From the IMG/VR virus record IMGVR_UViG_3300023257_000007, positions 248,001 to 312,000 of that record: a stretch of 64,000 nt of DNA; one strand, given 5' to 3'. Positions 18,383 to 28,252 of the stretch are shown piece after piece (position 1 is the stretch's first letter; the number at the start of each line of letters is the position of its first letter). The translations under genes were made by a program, and so were the position numbers. Below the pieces are notes generated by a model. That model did no database searches, was not told where the DNA came from, and saw only the letters and a program-made list of their open reading frames with translations.

Positions 18383-19624
18383 TTAAAAACTAACCCATCT
18401 CGAAAGCGTTAATCTCTCTTTAAATGCCCATTTATTAATTATATTTAACTCATATTTAGAAGGTAATCTATTATTCTTGCCACGAATCTGAGTCACTACT
18501 CTATCACTATTAACCTCAATAGTTAAGAGTTTACTGTCTAATTTTGTTTTGCTATTTACATTCAAAGACCAAATAGAAGTTCTACCACCAGAACATGAAT
18601 TAATATAAGAACTTACACAATGTTTCATATATCTACCCTCATCTAAAATATCACCACTCGTAGTTAATTGATTAATCAAATAAGTCATTTTATTTTCATC
18701 TTTACCAACTAACCAAACATAATTATTAATTGGTAATGGTTGCCATAATTTAGGAACACCTTTTCTAGATACTCTATTAGTTTGGTTATGCCATTTATCA
18801 ACCAATTGTAATAAAGCATCTGGGTTTCTATCTTTCATGTTGAAATTAGGTTTATCAGGTGCTAAAGTAACAAATACATTATTTTGAAAAACTCTTCTTG
18901 TTTCATATTTAATATGATTTATATAATCAACAATAGGGTTATATTTTTCAGGATCTAACATAGGATTATTAATAAAAAATCTTAGAACACTATTCCAAAA
19001 CTCATTATTGCCAAAATCAGAAGCAATTTTAGTAGACATAACACCTTTAACAGATCTCATGTCACCACCCATATCAACAATTTGTCCATATCTTATAGCT
19101 TCCATAGGAAGAAAATCATCTGGTGATTGCATAAAAGCATGAGCCATCTTCTTAGTTAATGGAATCGGTGTTTTAGATTTTCTAATATTTTTACCAACTC
19201 CAATATCAATAAACCATCTAATAGGATTACCTTCAAATTTAATACCACCATTCCAAAACCATGCATTATACATGAATTTAGGCATATCATACTTAACAAA
19301 TAAATGGTCAGCAAGTTCTCTAAATTGTCTATCTCTTGATCTTGATTTCTTTTTCCAAGAACTAATATCACGAATCCAATCTTTTTTGTATTCACAAAAT
19401 TTATGAAGTGATATAACATAATTATAATCACAAAGCAATTCAGCTTTTTGATTAGCAACACAATTTAATAAATTTCTAAAATCTTTATTTTTACCATCTT
19501 TTATTTCACTGTAAATATACTGGTAAGGACAATTATTACCTGTGTAATATTGTGTCTTAGCCAATTCATCAATTAATTTAGACGATGGTCTCTTTAAAAG
19601 TTTATGTAATTTATTATTTCCCAT
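18383..19624 (-). CDS. PcfJ-like domain protein
   Basis: C-terminal EGRYMKHCVSSY...SIWSL...LLTIEV...QIRGKNNRLP signature. Confidence 0.8.
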   Translation of the reverse strand: MGNNKLHKLLKRPSSKLIDELAKTQYYTGNNCPYQYIYSEIKDGKNKDFRNLLNCVANQKAELLCDYNYVISLHKFCEYKKDWIRDISSWKKKSRSRDRQFRELADHLFVKYDMPKFMYNAWFWNGGIKFEGNPIRWFIDIGVGKNIRKSKTPIPLTKKMAHAFMQSPDDFLPMEAIRYGQIVDMGGDMRSVKGVMSTKIASDFGNNEFWNSVLRFFINNPMLDPEKYNPIVDYINHIKYETRRVFQNNVFVTLAPDKPNFNMKDRNPDALLQLVDKWHNQTNRVSRKGVPKLWQPLPINNYVWLVGKDENKMTYLINQLTTSGDILDEGRYMKHCVSSYINSCSGGRTSIWSLNVNSKTKLDSKLLTIEVNSDRVVTQIRGKNNRLPSKYELNIINKWAFKERLTLSRWVSF

Positions 19625-19953
19625 TATAATAATCCTAATTTATAAGCTGTGTTATACTTTTCAATGTTATCATATATTTCAAATAGTTCATCTGCATTAC
19701 TACACATAATTGGATTATATTCACGATCATAATTTATTGTAACATGAGCAATATTGTTTTTTTCAATACCTCCAGTAATATTAACAAGAGCTATAAATAA
19801 ATTATAATTTTCATCATATTCAAAATCATTATAAAGACCACTTAGATCAAATCTTTCTTTAAGTTTAAAAAAATTTTCTTCCCAACATTTCTTATCCGTT
19901 GTATCTATTACTATTAATTCAATCATAACATAAAAATACAATTTTTTTCTCAC
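19624..19953 (-). CDS. Small hypothetical protein, C-tag A
   Basis: Ends TAYKLGLL. Confidence 0.8.
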   Translation of the reverse strand: MRKKLYFYVMIELIVIDTTDKKCWEENFFKLKERFDLSGLYNDFEYDENYNLFIALVNITGGIEKNNIAHVTINYDREYNPIMCSNADELFEIYDNIEKYNTAYKLGLL

Positions 19954-19978
19954 AAATAAAAATAAATATATAATTTTA

Positions 19979-20440
19979 ATGATGTATTTAAAAACATATG
20001 AAAATTTTACTCCTACAGATATCCTTATTAGAAAGATAGATGGTAAAGATATAAAAATAAGTTTGCAATTTATAAAAAATGATAAAGAACTTGCTATTAG
20101 AATACAAGATCTATTAGATCAACACGGTAAATTAGATTTAGATGGTGATCTTGAATTATTAATACCAATAACGGGTTCTGAAATTGTTGATAAAGAAACT
20201 AATATTACTGCACATAGTGATTTAATTGTTAAACCTAATGATAATTGTTTTTTGGAGTTAATTAGATATGAAGATACATATTTTGGTTATACAACAGATT
20301 TCTTTTTTGTTAACGAAAGGGAAAGTTCATGGTGTAGATATAAAGAACTATTAGATCAATATGTAGAAATATGTAGAGAAATAATAATGAATAAAAATGT
20401 AAAAATTAGAATAGAAGCAAATAAAATGGGATTATATTAA
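19979..20440 (+). CDS. N-tagged, C-tag A hypothetical protein
   Basis: MMYLKTYENF...EANKMGLY; AAATATATA at 19964-19972. Confidence 0.85.
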   Translation: MMYLKTYENFTPTDILIRKIDGKDIKISLQFIKNDKELAIRIQDLLDQHGKLDLDGDLELLIPITGSEIVDKETNITAHSDLIVKPNDNCFLELIRYEDTYFGYTTDFFFVNERESSWCRYKELLDQYVEICREIIMNKNVKIRIEANKMGLY

Positions 20441-20919
20441 TGAAATATTTAAAGACATATAGTGAAAATCAATTAATTAAACAATATTTAAGTAATGATG
20501 GTAAAACATTGGATTTAGGTAATTTCAAATTAACAGAATTGCCTGAATTACCTGAAGGATTAAAAGTATTATATTGTTATAATAATCAATTACCTGAATT
20601 ACCTGAATTACCTAAAGGATTAGAATATTTATATTGTTATACTAATAAATTAACTGAGTTACCTGAATTACCTAAAGGGTTAGAAGGATTATATTGTGGT
20701 AATAACCAATTAACTAAATTACCTGAATTACCTAAAGGATTAAAAAGATTATATTGTTATTATAACCAATTAACTAAATTACCTGAATTACCTAAAAGAT
20801 TAAAAGAATTATATTGTTATTATAACCAATTACCTTATGATAATTTAGAAGGTTATTGGAAATGGTTTTGGAAAGAAAACCCAGACCTACATAATGCAAA
20901 TAAAATGGGACTGTATTAA
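20440..20919 (+). CDS. Short-LRR protein (5 repeats), N-tag and C-tag A
   Basis: Repeats and caps as for 3377-3856. Confidence 0.95.
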   Translation: MKYLKTYSENQLIKQYLSNDGKTLDLGNFKLTELPELPEGLKVLYCYNNQLPELPELPKGLEYLYCYTNKLTELPELPKGLEGLYCGNNQLTKLPELPKGLKRLYCYYNQLTKLPELPKRLKELYCYYNQLPYDNLEGYWKWFWKENPDLHNANKMGLY

Positions 20920-21479
20920 TGAAATATTTAAAGACATATAATCGAATGATAAATGAGATTTCAGTTAATGAAAATCTGATTAACCGTTTAAGTGATGATG
21001 GTAAAAATTTAAATCTAAATAGTTTAAATTTAACCAAATTGCCTGAATTACCTAAAGGGTTAGAAAAATTAATGTGTTATAATAATCAATTAACTGAATT
21101 ACCTGAATTACCAAAAGGATTAGAAATGTTATATTGTGACAACAACAAATTAATTGAATTACCTGAACTACCAAAAGGGTTAGAAATATTAGATTGTGAT
21201 TATAACAAACTAACTGAATTACCTGAATTACCTAAAGGGTTAGAAAGATTATATTGTGGTAATAATAAATTAACAGAATTACCTGAAATACCTAAAGGGT
21301 TAGAAAGATTATATTGTGGTAATAACCAATTAACTGAATTACCTGAATTATCTAAAAGATTAGAATATTTAAATTGTTATAATAACCAATTACCTTATAA
21401 TAATTTAGAAGAATATTGGGAATGGTTTTGGAAAGAAAACCCAGACCTACATAATGCAAATAAAATGGGATTGTATTAA
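20919..21479 (+). CDS. Short-LRR protein (6 repeats), N-tag and C-tag A
   Basis: Repeats and caps; two blocks identical to gene 3377-3856. Confidence 0.95.
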   Translation: MKYLKTYNRMINEISVNENLINRLSDDGKNLNLNSLNLTKLPELPKGLEKLMCYNNQLTELPELPKGLEMLYCDNNKLIELPELPKGLEILDCDYNKLTELPELPKGLERLYCGNNKLTELPEIPKGLERLYCGNNQLTELPELSKRLEYLNCYNNQLPYNNLEEYWEWFWKENPDLHNANKMGLY

Positions 21480-21494
21480 AACTTAGAGAAAAAA

Positions 21495-21504
21495 TTAATA
21501 TATA
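21495..21504 (+). promoter_or_regulatory. TTAATATATA promoter-like motif
   Basis: Exact motif 6 nt upstream of ATG 21511. Confidence 0.55.
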
Positions 21505-21510
21505 ATTTTA

Positions 21511-22000
21511 ATGATGTATTTAAAGACATATGAAAATTTTAATGATATTGAAAATTATTTCAAATTGCATAATAAAATCAAAAAATCTAAGAAAAGACTT
21601 AAAAAATATAAGAAAGAAAAGAAACTATCCAAAAAAAATGGTTTATAAATTAATAATCAAAAAAGCTAGAGAAATACTTGATAAATACGGTACACCTTAT
21701 TTATATGATAGGGAATATGAAAATACCGTGAAAATACCTATAACACCAGTTAAAATTGAAGGTGCAAAATATGATAGAATATTAATTTGGTTTGAAACTA
21801 AAAAAGAAATTATTGGATCAAATTCATTTGATTTTGATGATGAAAATATTGGTTTTGATAATGGTTATGAATATTATGAAGAATGGTGTTCATTAGATTC
21901 ATTTAGAAATTCAATTAAAGCATTAACAATAATGTATGAAAATTTATTTGATGAAGATTTACCAATTAAATTAGAAGCAAATAAATTTGGATTGTTATAA
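21511..22000 (+). pseudogene. N-tagged, C-tag A gene with a probable frameshift
   Basis: MMYLKTYENFNDIENYFKLHNKIK from 21511; body and EANKFGLL in the 21530 frame. Confidence 0.7.
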
Positions 22001-22402
22001 TATACCAAGGTTTTTACCCTCTTCGTAAGCTCTTACAATTTTAGAATATTTAGGATCATTTTTTAGATTTTTATTAAAACCAACCCTACTATCAATTAAT
22101 TCATCAAAACCATTATCAATTAATATCTTTTGAATATTAAAATCAGTCATTGTAGCATCACTCATTATTTTAGGATCTGAACCTTTCTTAATTAAATATT
22201 CAAAAACCTCATCATCATAATAAGCAAGATCTAAAACATTATTATAAGTACTTTCATAACTTACATCAGCACCTTTATTAATAAACATTTTAATTAATTC
22301 AAAATCTTCTGTTTTTAAAGCCAATAAAAACAAATCATTTAAATCTTCTTGATCAATGTTATTGCTCTCTAAAAATAATTTATATGTTTGTAGTTTTACC
22401 AT
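21995..22402 (-). CDS. Ankyrin-repeat-like protein, N-tag-like start and C-tag A
   Basis: ALKTEDFELIKMFINKGADVS and EYLIKKGSDP ankyrin-like units; MVKLQTYKLFLES...EGKNLGIL. Confidence 0.7.
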   Translation of the reverse strand: MVKLQTYKLFLESNNIDQEDLNDLFLLALKTEDFELIKMFINKGADVSYESTYNNVLDLAYYDDEVFEYLIKKGSDPKIMSDATMTDFNIQKILIDNGFDELIDSRVGFNKNLKNDPKYSKIVRAYEEGKNLGIL

Positions 22403-23268
22403 GACAGTCTTTCTCTTGTTATTTCATTAAGATATTTATCTTCAATTGTACCATAAATATAATCGTAATTTGGTGCACTAAATTTATTTAAGTCATGTTC
22501 TTTCATAATATACAACCAATCACCATAGTATTCTTCAATAAAATCAATTTCACCTCTATAAAAATAATCATCAATTAATTCACTTTTAATATCGTCCCAA
22601 TCTACATTCAATTTAACCTTTATAGTTTCGTTTTTCAACCATTCAAATTTACCAAAAGCATCTTCAAAAGCATCTTTAATCTTATCATAAACTTCATTAT
22701 AATCAGCATTTTCTTGTGTTTCAAGAATAGCATGATTCAAAATGGTTTTTAATTCATCTGTTTCACTTAACTGTTCACTTAACTTTATAGAATCTTCAAT
22801 AATTATATCATTATCTACTATTTTAGTATTATTCTTTGTGATTTTAATTTCATCAATCATTTCACCTTTTTTATTACAATATTCTATAATAGCTTTCAAG
22901 GTTTCATTATCATAAGAACTCCACCAATCACTAATATTTGCATCATAATCATAAACAGGGTCCCAATCATAATCATGACCTAATATTTCACTCTCATATT
23001 TCTCTAAACCAAAATCATCAAAATTACCAATATAATAAAAATCTCCATTTTCATAATCTAAGTCCATTCTCTTAGCAAACTCTTCAGATGTTATATAATC
23101 TTCTTCCCATAAAAGAATATCTCCTAACTCATTACAATCTCTTGTATCTATTTCATGTTCTTTTACTAATTTGGTGATTTCTTCCTTAGTAAAGGGTATA
23201 TTGGATGATTTAGATTTCCAAATTATAGAAAATATGAGATTTGCATATTGATTTTCATATTCGTTCAT
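22396..23268 (-). CDS. Acidic hypothetical protein
   Basis: 290 aa; TTAATATATA at 23275-23284 upstream. Confidence 0.8.
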   Translation of the reverse strand: MNEYENQYANLIFSIIWKSKSSNIPFTKEEITKLVKEHEIDTRDCNELGDILLWEEDYITSEEFAKRMDLDYENGDFYYIGNFDDFGLEKYESEILGHDYDWDPVYDYDANISDWWSSYDNETLKAIIEYCNKKGEMIDEIKITKNNTKIVDNDIIIEDSIKLSEQLSETDELKTILNHAILETQENADYNEVYDKIKDAFEDAFGKFEWLKNETIKVKLNVDWDDIKSELIDDYFYRGEIDFIEEYYGDWLYIMKEHDLNKFSAPNYDYIYGTIEDKYLNEITRERLSW

Positions 23269-23288
23269 AAATAATATATATTAAAAAT

Positions 23289-23684
23289 TTAAAATAGATT
23301 CATCTTCTTAGCCTCTAAATATGAATTAACTTCTTTTAACATTTCATCTTCTTTATAAATAATAGTTAAAGAATCTAATTCAAAATTTTCCAGATCCACA
23401 ACCGGAAAAGTTTCATTAATTTGAATTAATAATTCACTTAAATCAACTTCATATGTCATTAACATATCACTCCACACATTTAAAAAAATTGGTTTATTAA
23501 TATCTTGTTCTATCTTAGTTCTATAAGTTGCACCAGCAGTTCTATAAGTAATAGGATGAGTATCTCTATTAAATGTCAAAAAACCCTTTTCAATTAATAG
23601 TTTTTGTTTATACATAAAATCAGACTCATTGTCACATTTAATAGTAAATAAGTAATCATATGAATGTCCTTTAATTATTATCAT
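23289..23684 (-). CDS. Hypothetical protein, C-tag A
   Basis: Ends EAKKMNLF. Confidence 0.8.
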   Translation of the reverse strand: MIIIKGHSYDYLFTIKCDNESDFMYKQKLLIEKGFLTFNRDTHPITYRTAGATYRTKIEQDINKPIFLNVWSDMLMTYEVDLSELLIQINETFPVVDLENFELDSLTIIYKEDEMLKEVNSYLEAKKMNLF

Positions 23685-24042
23685 TTCTAATTCTATTTAA
23701 TTTTAATTTTCTATAAAGTTTTGTAAATATTGGATTATTTATAGATAATACGTCTAATATCTTTATTAAGACATCATCAAAATCTATATCTGTAAAATGT
23801 ACTTCTCCCCCTATTATATCAACAATAACGAAGAAAGATATAGAAGCAGATAATGTTAAAATATGTTTATTATCATCATAAACATATAATATTTGACTAT
23901 ATGGATAACCTTCGTTAAATGAAACTTTTAATTTTTTAGAATGAATTTTTTGTGTCAAATAATCATAACAATCAAATAGAAGTTTTTGATGTGTAATTAA
24001 AGATTCTGAAACTATTTCGTTTATTTGTTTATTAGTCTCCAT
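23671..24042 (-). CDS. Hypothetical protein, C-tag B
   Basis: Ends YRKLKLNRIRNDNN. Confidence 0.8.
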   Translation of the reverse strand: METNKQINEIVSESLITHQKLLFDCYDYLTQKIHSKKLKVSFNEGYPYSQILYVYDDNKHILTLSASISFFVIVDIIGGEVHFTDIDFDDVLIKILDVLSINNPIFTKLYRKLKLNRIRNDNN

Positions 24043-24049
24043 TTTTCAA

Positions 24050-24334
24050 TTATAATAACCCTAATTTTGAAGCAGTTGATAATTCAATTAAACCTAGTTC
24101 TTCAATATCATCAAAAGTTAATAATGGGACTTTAAATTCACGATTATTTGCATCACATTGACCACCTGTTATTATTTTATCATTTAATGAAACACCAACA
24201 GCACCAGGAAATCCACAAAATGTCCAATATTTTTCAATACGTCCACTTAATCGTGTATATCCGTCAGCATATAATGATTTTAATAGAGTTTTTTGTTCTT
24301 CTGCATTTTCACACAATATGTATATTTTATCCAT
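24050..24334 (-). CDS. Small hypothetical protein, C-tag A; paralog of 24698-24979
   Basis: EEQK.LLKSL.A.GY...FPGA...IGGQCDANN; ends TASKLGLL. Confidence 0.85.
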   Translation of the reverse strand: MDKIYILCENAEEQKTLLKSLYADGYTRLSGRIEKYWTFCGFPGAVGVSLNDKIITGGQCDANNREFKVPLLTFDDIEELGLIELSTASKLGLL

Positions 24335-24701
24335 TTTTCACTCTTTCCAATTTTTGTTTTCTATTCATCCTTTCATATTCTTTATCTTTACAAAAAATAT
24401 TTACACATTCTTCTAAAACCTGTTCTTTATTAATACAAGATATAATAAAAGATTTCCAAGATATATTATATCTACCAAATTCACAACCATCTTCTAATAA
24501 AATGACTTTTTTAATTTCTAAATCAGTCCAAAATATTGAAAATGGTTCCATATTAAAATATTTTTTTGGTAGTTCTTTTGATAAATCAATATCAAGTTTC
24601 ATTGTTCGACCAATACATATCTTATCATTTTTGAAATTCATTTTATAATCTTTAGGTAAAATAATATTATCCTTTAAATAGTCATATACTTTATTTATCA
24701 T
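24327..24701 (-). CDS. Hypothetical protein, C-tag B
   Basis: MINKVYDY...NRKQKLERVKNG. Confidence 0.8.
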   Translation of the reverse strand: MINKVYDYLKDNIILPKDYKMNFKNDKICIGRTMKLDIDLSKELPKKYFNMEPFSIFWTDLEIKKVILLEDGCEFGRYNISWKSFIISCINKEQVLEECVNIFCKDKEYERMNRKQKLERVKNG

Positions 24702-24979
24702 AATAATCCAAGTTTTGAAGCTGTATATAAACAATTAATACCTATTTCATTTAACTCTTCAGTATTTAAAAGTTCATTTTTAAAATTGTGATTATTTGCA
24801 TCACATTGACCTCCTAATATAATTTTTTCATCTAATCTAATATGAATAGCACCTGGGAAAATACTAAATTTCCAATAAGTCATAGTTTTGTCACTTCTTC
24901 GATAACCATTTGCAAATAGAGATTTTAAAACCATCTTTTGTTCTTTTTCATTCTCAACTAAAATCCATCTTTCAATCAT
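24698..24979 (-). CDS. Small hypothetical protein, C-tag A
   Basis: Ends TASKLGLL. Confidence 0.85.
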   Translation of the reverse strand: MIERWILVENEKEQKMVLKSLFANGYRRSDKTMTYWKFSIFPGAIHIRLDEKIILGGQCDANNHNFKNELLNTEELNEIGINCLYTASKLGLL

Positions 24980-25044
24980 TTTTTATTCTATTTTATCTGT
25001 TTTATAATAAATTTATAATTAAAATTTAAAAATGTTTTAATTTT

Positions 25045-25054
25045 TTAATATATA
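25045..25054 (+). promoter_or_regulatory. TTAATATATA promoter-like motif
   Basis: Exact motif 7 nt upstream of ATG 25062. Confidence 0.55.
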
Positions 25055-25061
25055 ATAGGTA

Positions 25062-25235
25062 ATGAAATATTTAAAATATTATGAAAGTTCAAAATCTTTT
25101 GTAAATCCATTTGGTGAAAATAGATTTTTGTATTGTTATAAAGGTACTAAAAGTGATGTGAAATCTCATATTAATATAGATGAAGGTAATATTTATAATC
25201 AAAAAAGATGGGACTATTATGATAAAAGATTTTAA
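25062..25235 (+). pseudogene. Internally deleted gene: N-tag in frame, C-tag A out of frame
   Basis: MKYLKYYESSKSF... (57 aa); SKKMGLL-stop encoded in another frame at 25199-25222. Confidence 0.65.
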
Positions 25236-25656
25236 AAAGTTTTCAGAATGGTATAATAAATCAAATGATGAAATAGATCAAATGAAACATAAAGCTAATA
25301 AATTAGAAATAGAAGTAACTAAAAATAAACAATATTTTGACAATATAATTTATAACAAATTAAAAGAAATGCGAAAATATGCTATAAGAGAGAATAAAAA
25401 TGACATATTAACAATAAATTTACCAATTGAAATAGATGGAGAAAAATATGAATGTTTAAATATAACTTATGATATTAATTATAACGAAATAGATATATCA
25501 GCTGGTGAAAAATATGCATGGGTATGTTTTATTGAAAATAATGATAATGAAATAAATATTGATAGTATATATGAAGATTATAGAAAATTATATAATTATT
25601 TGATAAGTGATAACTTAAATGAATTTTTAGAAGCAAAAAGAATGGGACTATTATGA
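25219..25656 (+). CDS. Hypothetical protein, N-tag-like start, C-tag A; family with 25666, 26013, 26509, 63679
   Basis: MIKDFKKFSEW...EAKRMGLL. Confidence 0.8.
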   Translation: MIKDFKKFSEWYNKSNDEIDQMKHKANKLEIEVTKNKQYFDNIIYNKLKEMRKYAIRENKNDILTINLPIEIDGEKYECLNITYDINYNEIDISAGEKYAWVCFIENNDNEINIDSIYEDYRKLYNYLISDNLNEFLEAKRMGLL

Positions 25657-25665
25657 TAGAAGATT

Positions 25666-26013
25666 TTGATAAATATATTATATAAGAAAAAAATGGATAA
25701 AATCAAATTGAAATTAGAACAATCCTTTGTTGATAAAATTCTAAGTTTGAAAAAATATGCTAAAAAAGACGATAATGATGAATTAATGTTAATTATAGAT
25801 AAAGAAATATATGAATCTAAAAAATTATATATTTGTTATGGTTTCGTTACTATGGTTTATTGTGATGTTGGTGGTTTAATTACACTAAATCATTATAATA
25901 AAATAGAATATGATAGAGATAACAAATATGAAACATTATCAACATTATATAAATATTTTATGGATGATGATATTGTAAAACAGTTAGAAGCAAAAAAAAT
26001 GGGATTAATGTAA
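25666..26013 (+). CDS. Hypothetical protein, C-tag A
   Basis: Ends EAKKMGLM. Confidence 0.8.
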   Translation: MINILYKKKMDKIKLKLEQSFVDKILSLKKYAKKDDNDELMLIIDKEIYESKKLYICYGFVTMVYCDVGGLITLNHYNKIEYDRDNKYETLSTLYKYFMDDDIVKQLEAKKMGLM

Positions 26014-26507
26014 TGAGTAAAATTGATAAATATATTGATTTTGTTAAGAATATGAAAAATCTTGAATCTGATTGCGAAAAAGCAAAATTAAAATACGATG
26101 AAATGCATAAGCAATATATTGATAAAATAGCTGAATTAAATAAAAAAGGATTCAAAATGAAAGATTATTATAGCGATATATTAGAAAGAATATATTCACT
26201 TAAAAAATATTTAAAACCTAATAAAAAATATAATGATTATGAAATAACATTTCCAATTGATATTAAATATGAAGGAAAAAATTATATAAATTGCACAATA
26301 TCTTTTGAACGTAAAGATTCAGACTATTTTTCAGGTTGTTACTTAGGTACAAGTAATAAAACAATTGATAATGATCTATTTAATTATATTTCCGAAAAAG
26401 AAATAAGATGGAATGAAGATGAAATATTATTTATAAAGTTTTATAAAGCTCTAATGAGTCCTGACGTAGAAAAGTATTTAGAAGCAAAAAGAATGGGATT
26501 ATTATAA
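26013..26507 (+). CDS. Hypothetical protein, C-tag A
   Basis: Ends EAKRMGLL. Confidence 0.85.
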   Translation: MSKIDKYIDFVKNMKNLESDCEKAKLKYDEMHKQYIDKIAELNKKGFKMKDYYSDILERIYSLKKYLKPNKKYNDYEITFPIDIKYEGKNYINCTISFERKDSDYFSGCYLGTSNKTIDNDLFNYISEKEIRWNEDEILFIKFYKALMSPDVEKYLEAKRMGLL

Positions 26508-26508
26508 T

Positions 26509-26985
26509 ATGGAAAACTACACAGAATATATTAAAAAACTTGAAAAAGAAAAAAGGATTCTTAATAAAGAATTTGATAAGATTTCAAAAAAGATAAATAA
26601 TGCTAAACAAGAAATGGCTGTTACAATAATTGATAAAGTGAAAAGTTTTAAAATTATAGCAAAAAAAATAGATTTTGAATATAGTAGTTATAATTGTTTC
26701 AATATACCAAAACAAATAAATGGTTTAAAGAGTGATTATATTAAAAAACATGATGGTTTAGTAATATTTTTTGATGAATATCCTAACATAGAAGTCTATA
26801 CTTATTATATTAATGATGAAAAACCTTACTATGATTGTGAATTATTTAGTTTTATTGATAATAAAACAAAATTGAGATTTACCGATATTAAAAATACACC
26901 AGAAAATATAGAAATAATATATAACTATTTCATGAGCAAAGATCTAGATTTTTATTTAAATTCAGGAAAAATGGGCTTATTATAA
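26509..26985 (+). CDS. Hypothetical protein, C-tag A
   Basis: Ends NSGKMGLL. Confidence 0.85.
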   Translation: MENYTEYIKKLEKEKRILNKEFDKISKKINNAKQEMAVTIIDKVKSFKIIAKKIDFEYSSYNCFNIPKQINGLKSDYIKKHDGLVIFFDEYPNIEVYTYYINDEKPYYDCELFSFIDNKTKLRFTDIKNTPENIEIIYNYFMSKDLDFYLNSGKMGLL

Positions 26986-27329
26986 TGAAATACCTTAAAA
27001 CATATAATGAAAATTCAGTAGATACAAATCGAGTGATATTTGGTATATTTATTGATAATAAAGGAGACTTTGCAAAAGTACAAAAAACTTTGATTAATTT
27101 AGGTTATGAAATAAGTTCATGGTATAAAAGTAAACATTGGTTTCCTGATTTAAAATTTGAAGATGATATACTTGACTATAATTCACTACCAATAAAACCA
27201 GTTTATATTACAATATGGAGAGATGATAAAAGATGGACTATGATAAATGAAATAAATGAAAAAATCATAATCGTTGATGTTGAAGATGTTCATAAATATA
27301 TCGAAGCTCTAAAACTAAACATTTTATAA
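26985..27329 (+). CDS. N-tagged, C-tag A hypothetical protein
   Basis: MKYLKTYNEN...EALKLNIL. Confidence 0.85.
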   Translation: MKYLKTYNENSVDTNRVIFGIFIDNKGDFAKVQKTLINLGYEISSWYKSKHWFPDLKFEDDILDYNSLPIKPVYITIWRDDKRWTMINEINEKIIIVDVEDVHKYIEALKLNIL

Positions 27330-27338
27330 TTTCTATAT

Positions 27339-27348
27339 TTAATATATA
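27339..27348 (+). promoter_or_regulatory. TTAATATATA promoter-like motif
   Basis: Exact motif upstream of the 27369 operon. Confidence 0.5.
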
Positions 27349-27368
27349 ATGGAAATAATCATACAAGA

Positions 27369-27863
27369 ATGAAAAAATTAATATACATACTATTCTTAAT
27401 ACTACTACCAATTTTCTCTTTAGCACAAAAAGAGAACTATTACCAACATAATACAGAAAAACAAATAAGATTTTATAAACATAAAGATTGGACATTAGAA
27501 AATGAAGGAGAATGGGGTTCTTTTTATTGGAAGATTATTAGATCATCTAAAGATTCAGATGATTATTACTGGTATTATGTATATTTATATTCAAACTCAT
27601 ATTTTAACACAAAAACAAATAATGAATATGACAAAGCTATTACATATATTAAAAATATGGTTATAACTATGTATATTTATAAAAACAAAAAAGATAAATT
27701 AATCTACATTAATAATATACCGATTAAATTACCTTATGTTGTATGTGATTATAAACTAGATGAAAGTCTATATGTTGCTTATTTTTATTCAACATCAAAA
27801 TACAATTCGTTTAATCTTAAGTTTGAAGGAGCAACCGCTTTTGATTATTCTGAAACAAAATAA
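27369..27863 (+). CDS. Secreted protein with a Sec signal peptide
   Basis: MKKLIYILFLILLPIFSLA|Q: basic n-region, hydrophobic h-region, SLA cleavage site. Confidence 0.75.
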   Translation: MKKLIYILFLILLPIFSLAQKENYYQHNTEKQIRFYKHKDWTLENEGEWGSFYWKIIRSSKDSDDYYWYYVYLYSNSYFNTKTNNEYDKAITYIKNMVITMYIYKNKKDKLIYINNIPIKLPYVVCDYKLDESLYVAYFYSTSKYNSFNLKFEGATAFDYSETK

Positions 27864-27871
27864 AAAATATC

Positions 27872-28252
27872 ATGAAACATTTATATGAATGGAATGTATT
27901 TAAAAATAAAAATAAATATGAAGAAGGTGATAAACTTATGAATAGACTTATTGATATTATTAAAAATGAAGATATATCTATCAAACATAGTGGTGGATAT
28001 AATATAGAATTGGATAATAAAATATATAGTTTTGCAAGAAGTGGTCGTAGTTGTTGGGTGACTAAGTATGATAATAATCAAAATAATGGAAAATTTTGGC
28101 AAGGTGAACCGGAATCTAAATATGATTTTTCTGTTAAAATATGGAAAGAATTAGACAATTTACACAAAGAACAAAATAAACCAGATTTATCAAATGATTT
28201 GGATAATTTAACTGATGAAAATAGAACAGCAAAAAAGATGGGATTATTATGA
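27872..28252 (+). CDS. Hypothetical protein, N-tag-like start, C-tag A
   Basis: MKHLYEWN...TAKKMGLL. Confidence 0.85.
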   Translation: MKHLYEWNVFKNKNKYEEGDKLMNRLIDIIKNEDISIKHSGGYNIELDNKIYSFARSGRSCWVTKYDNNQNNGKFWQGEPESKYDFSVKIWKELDNLHKEQNKPDLSNDLDNLTDENRTAKKMGLL

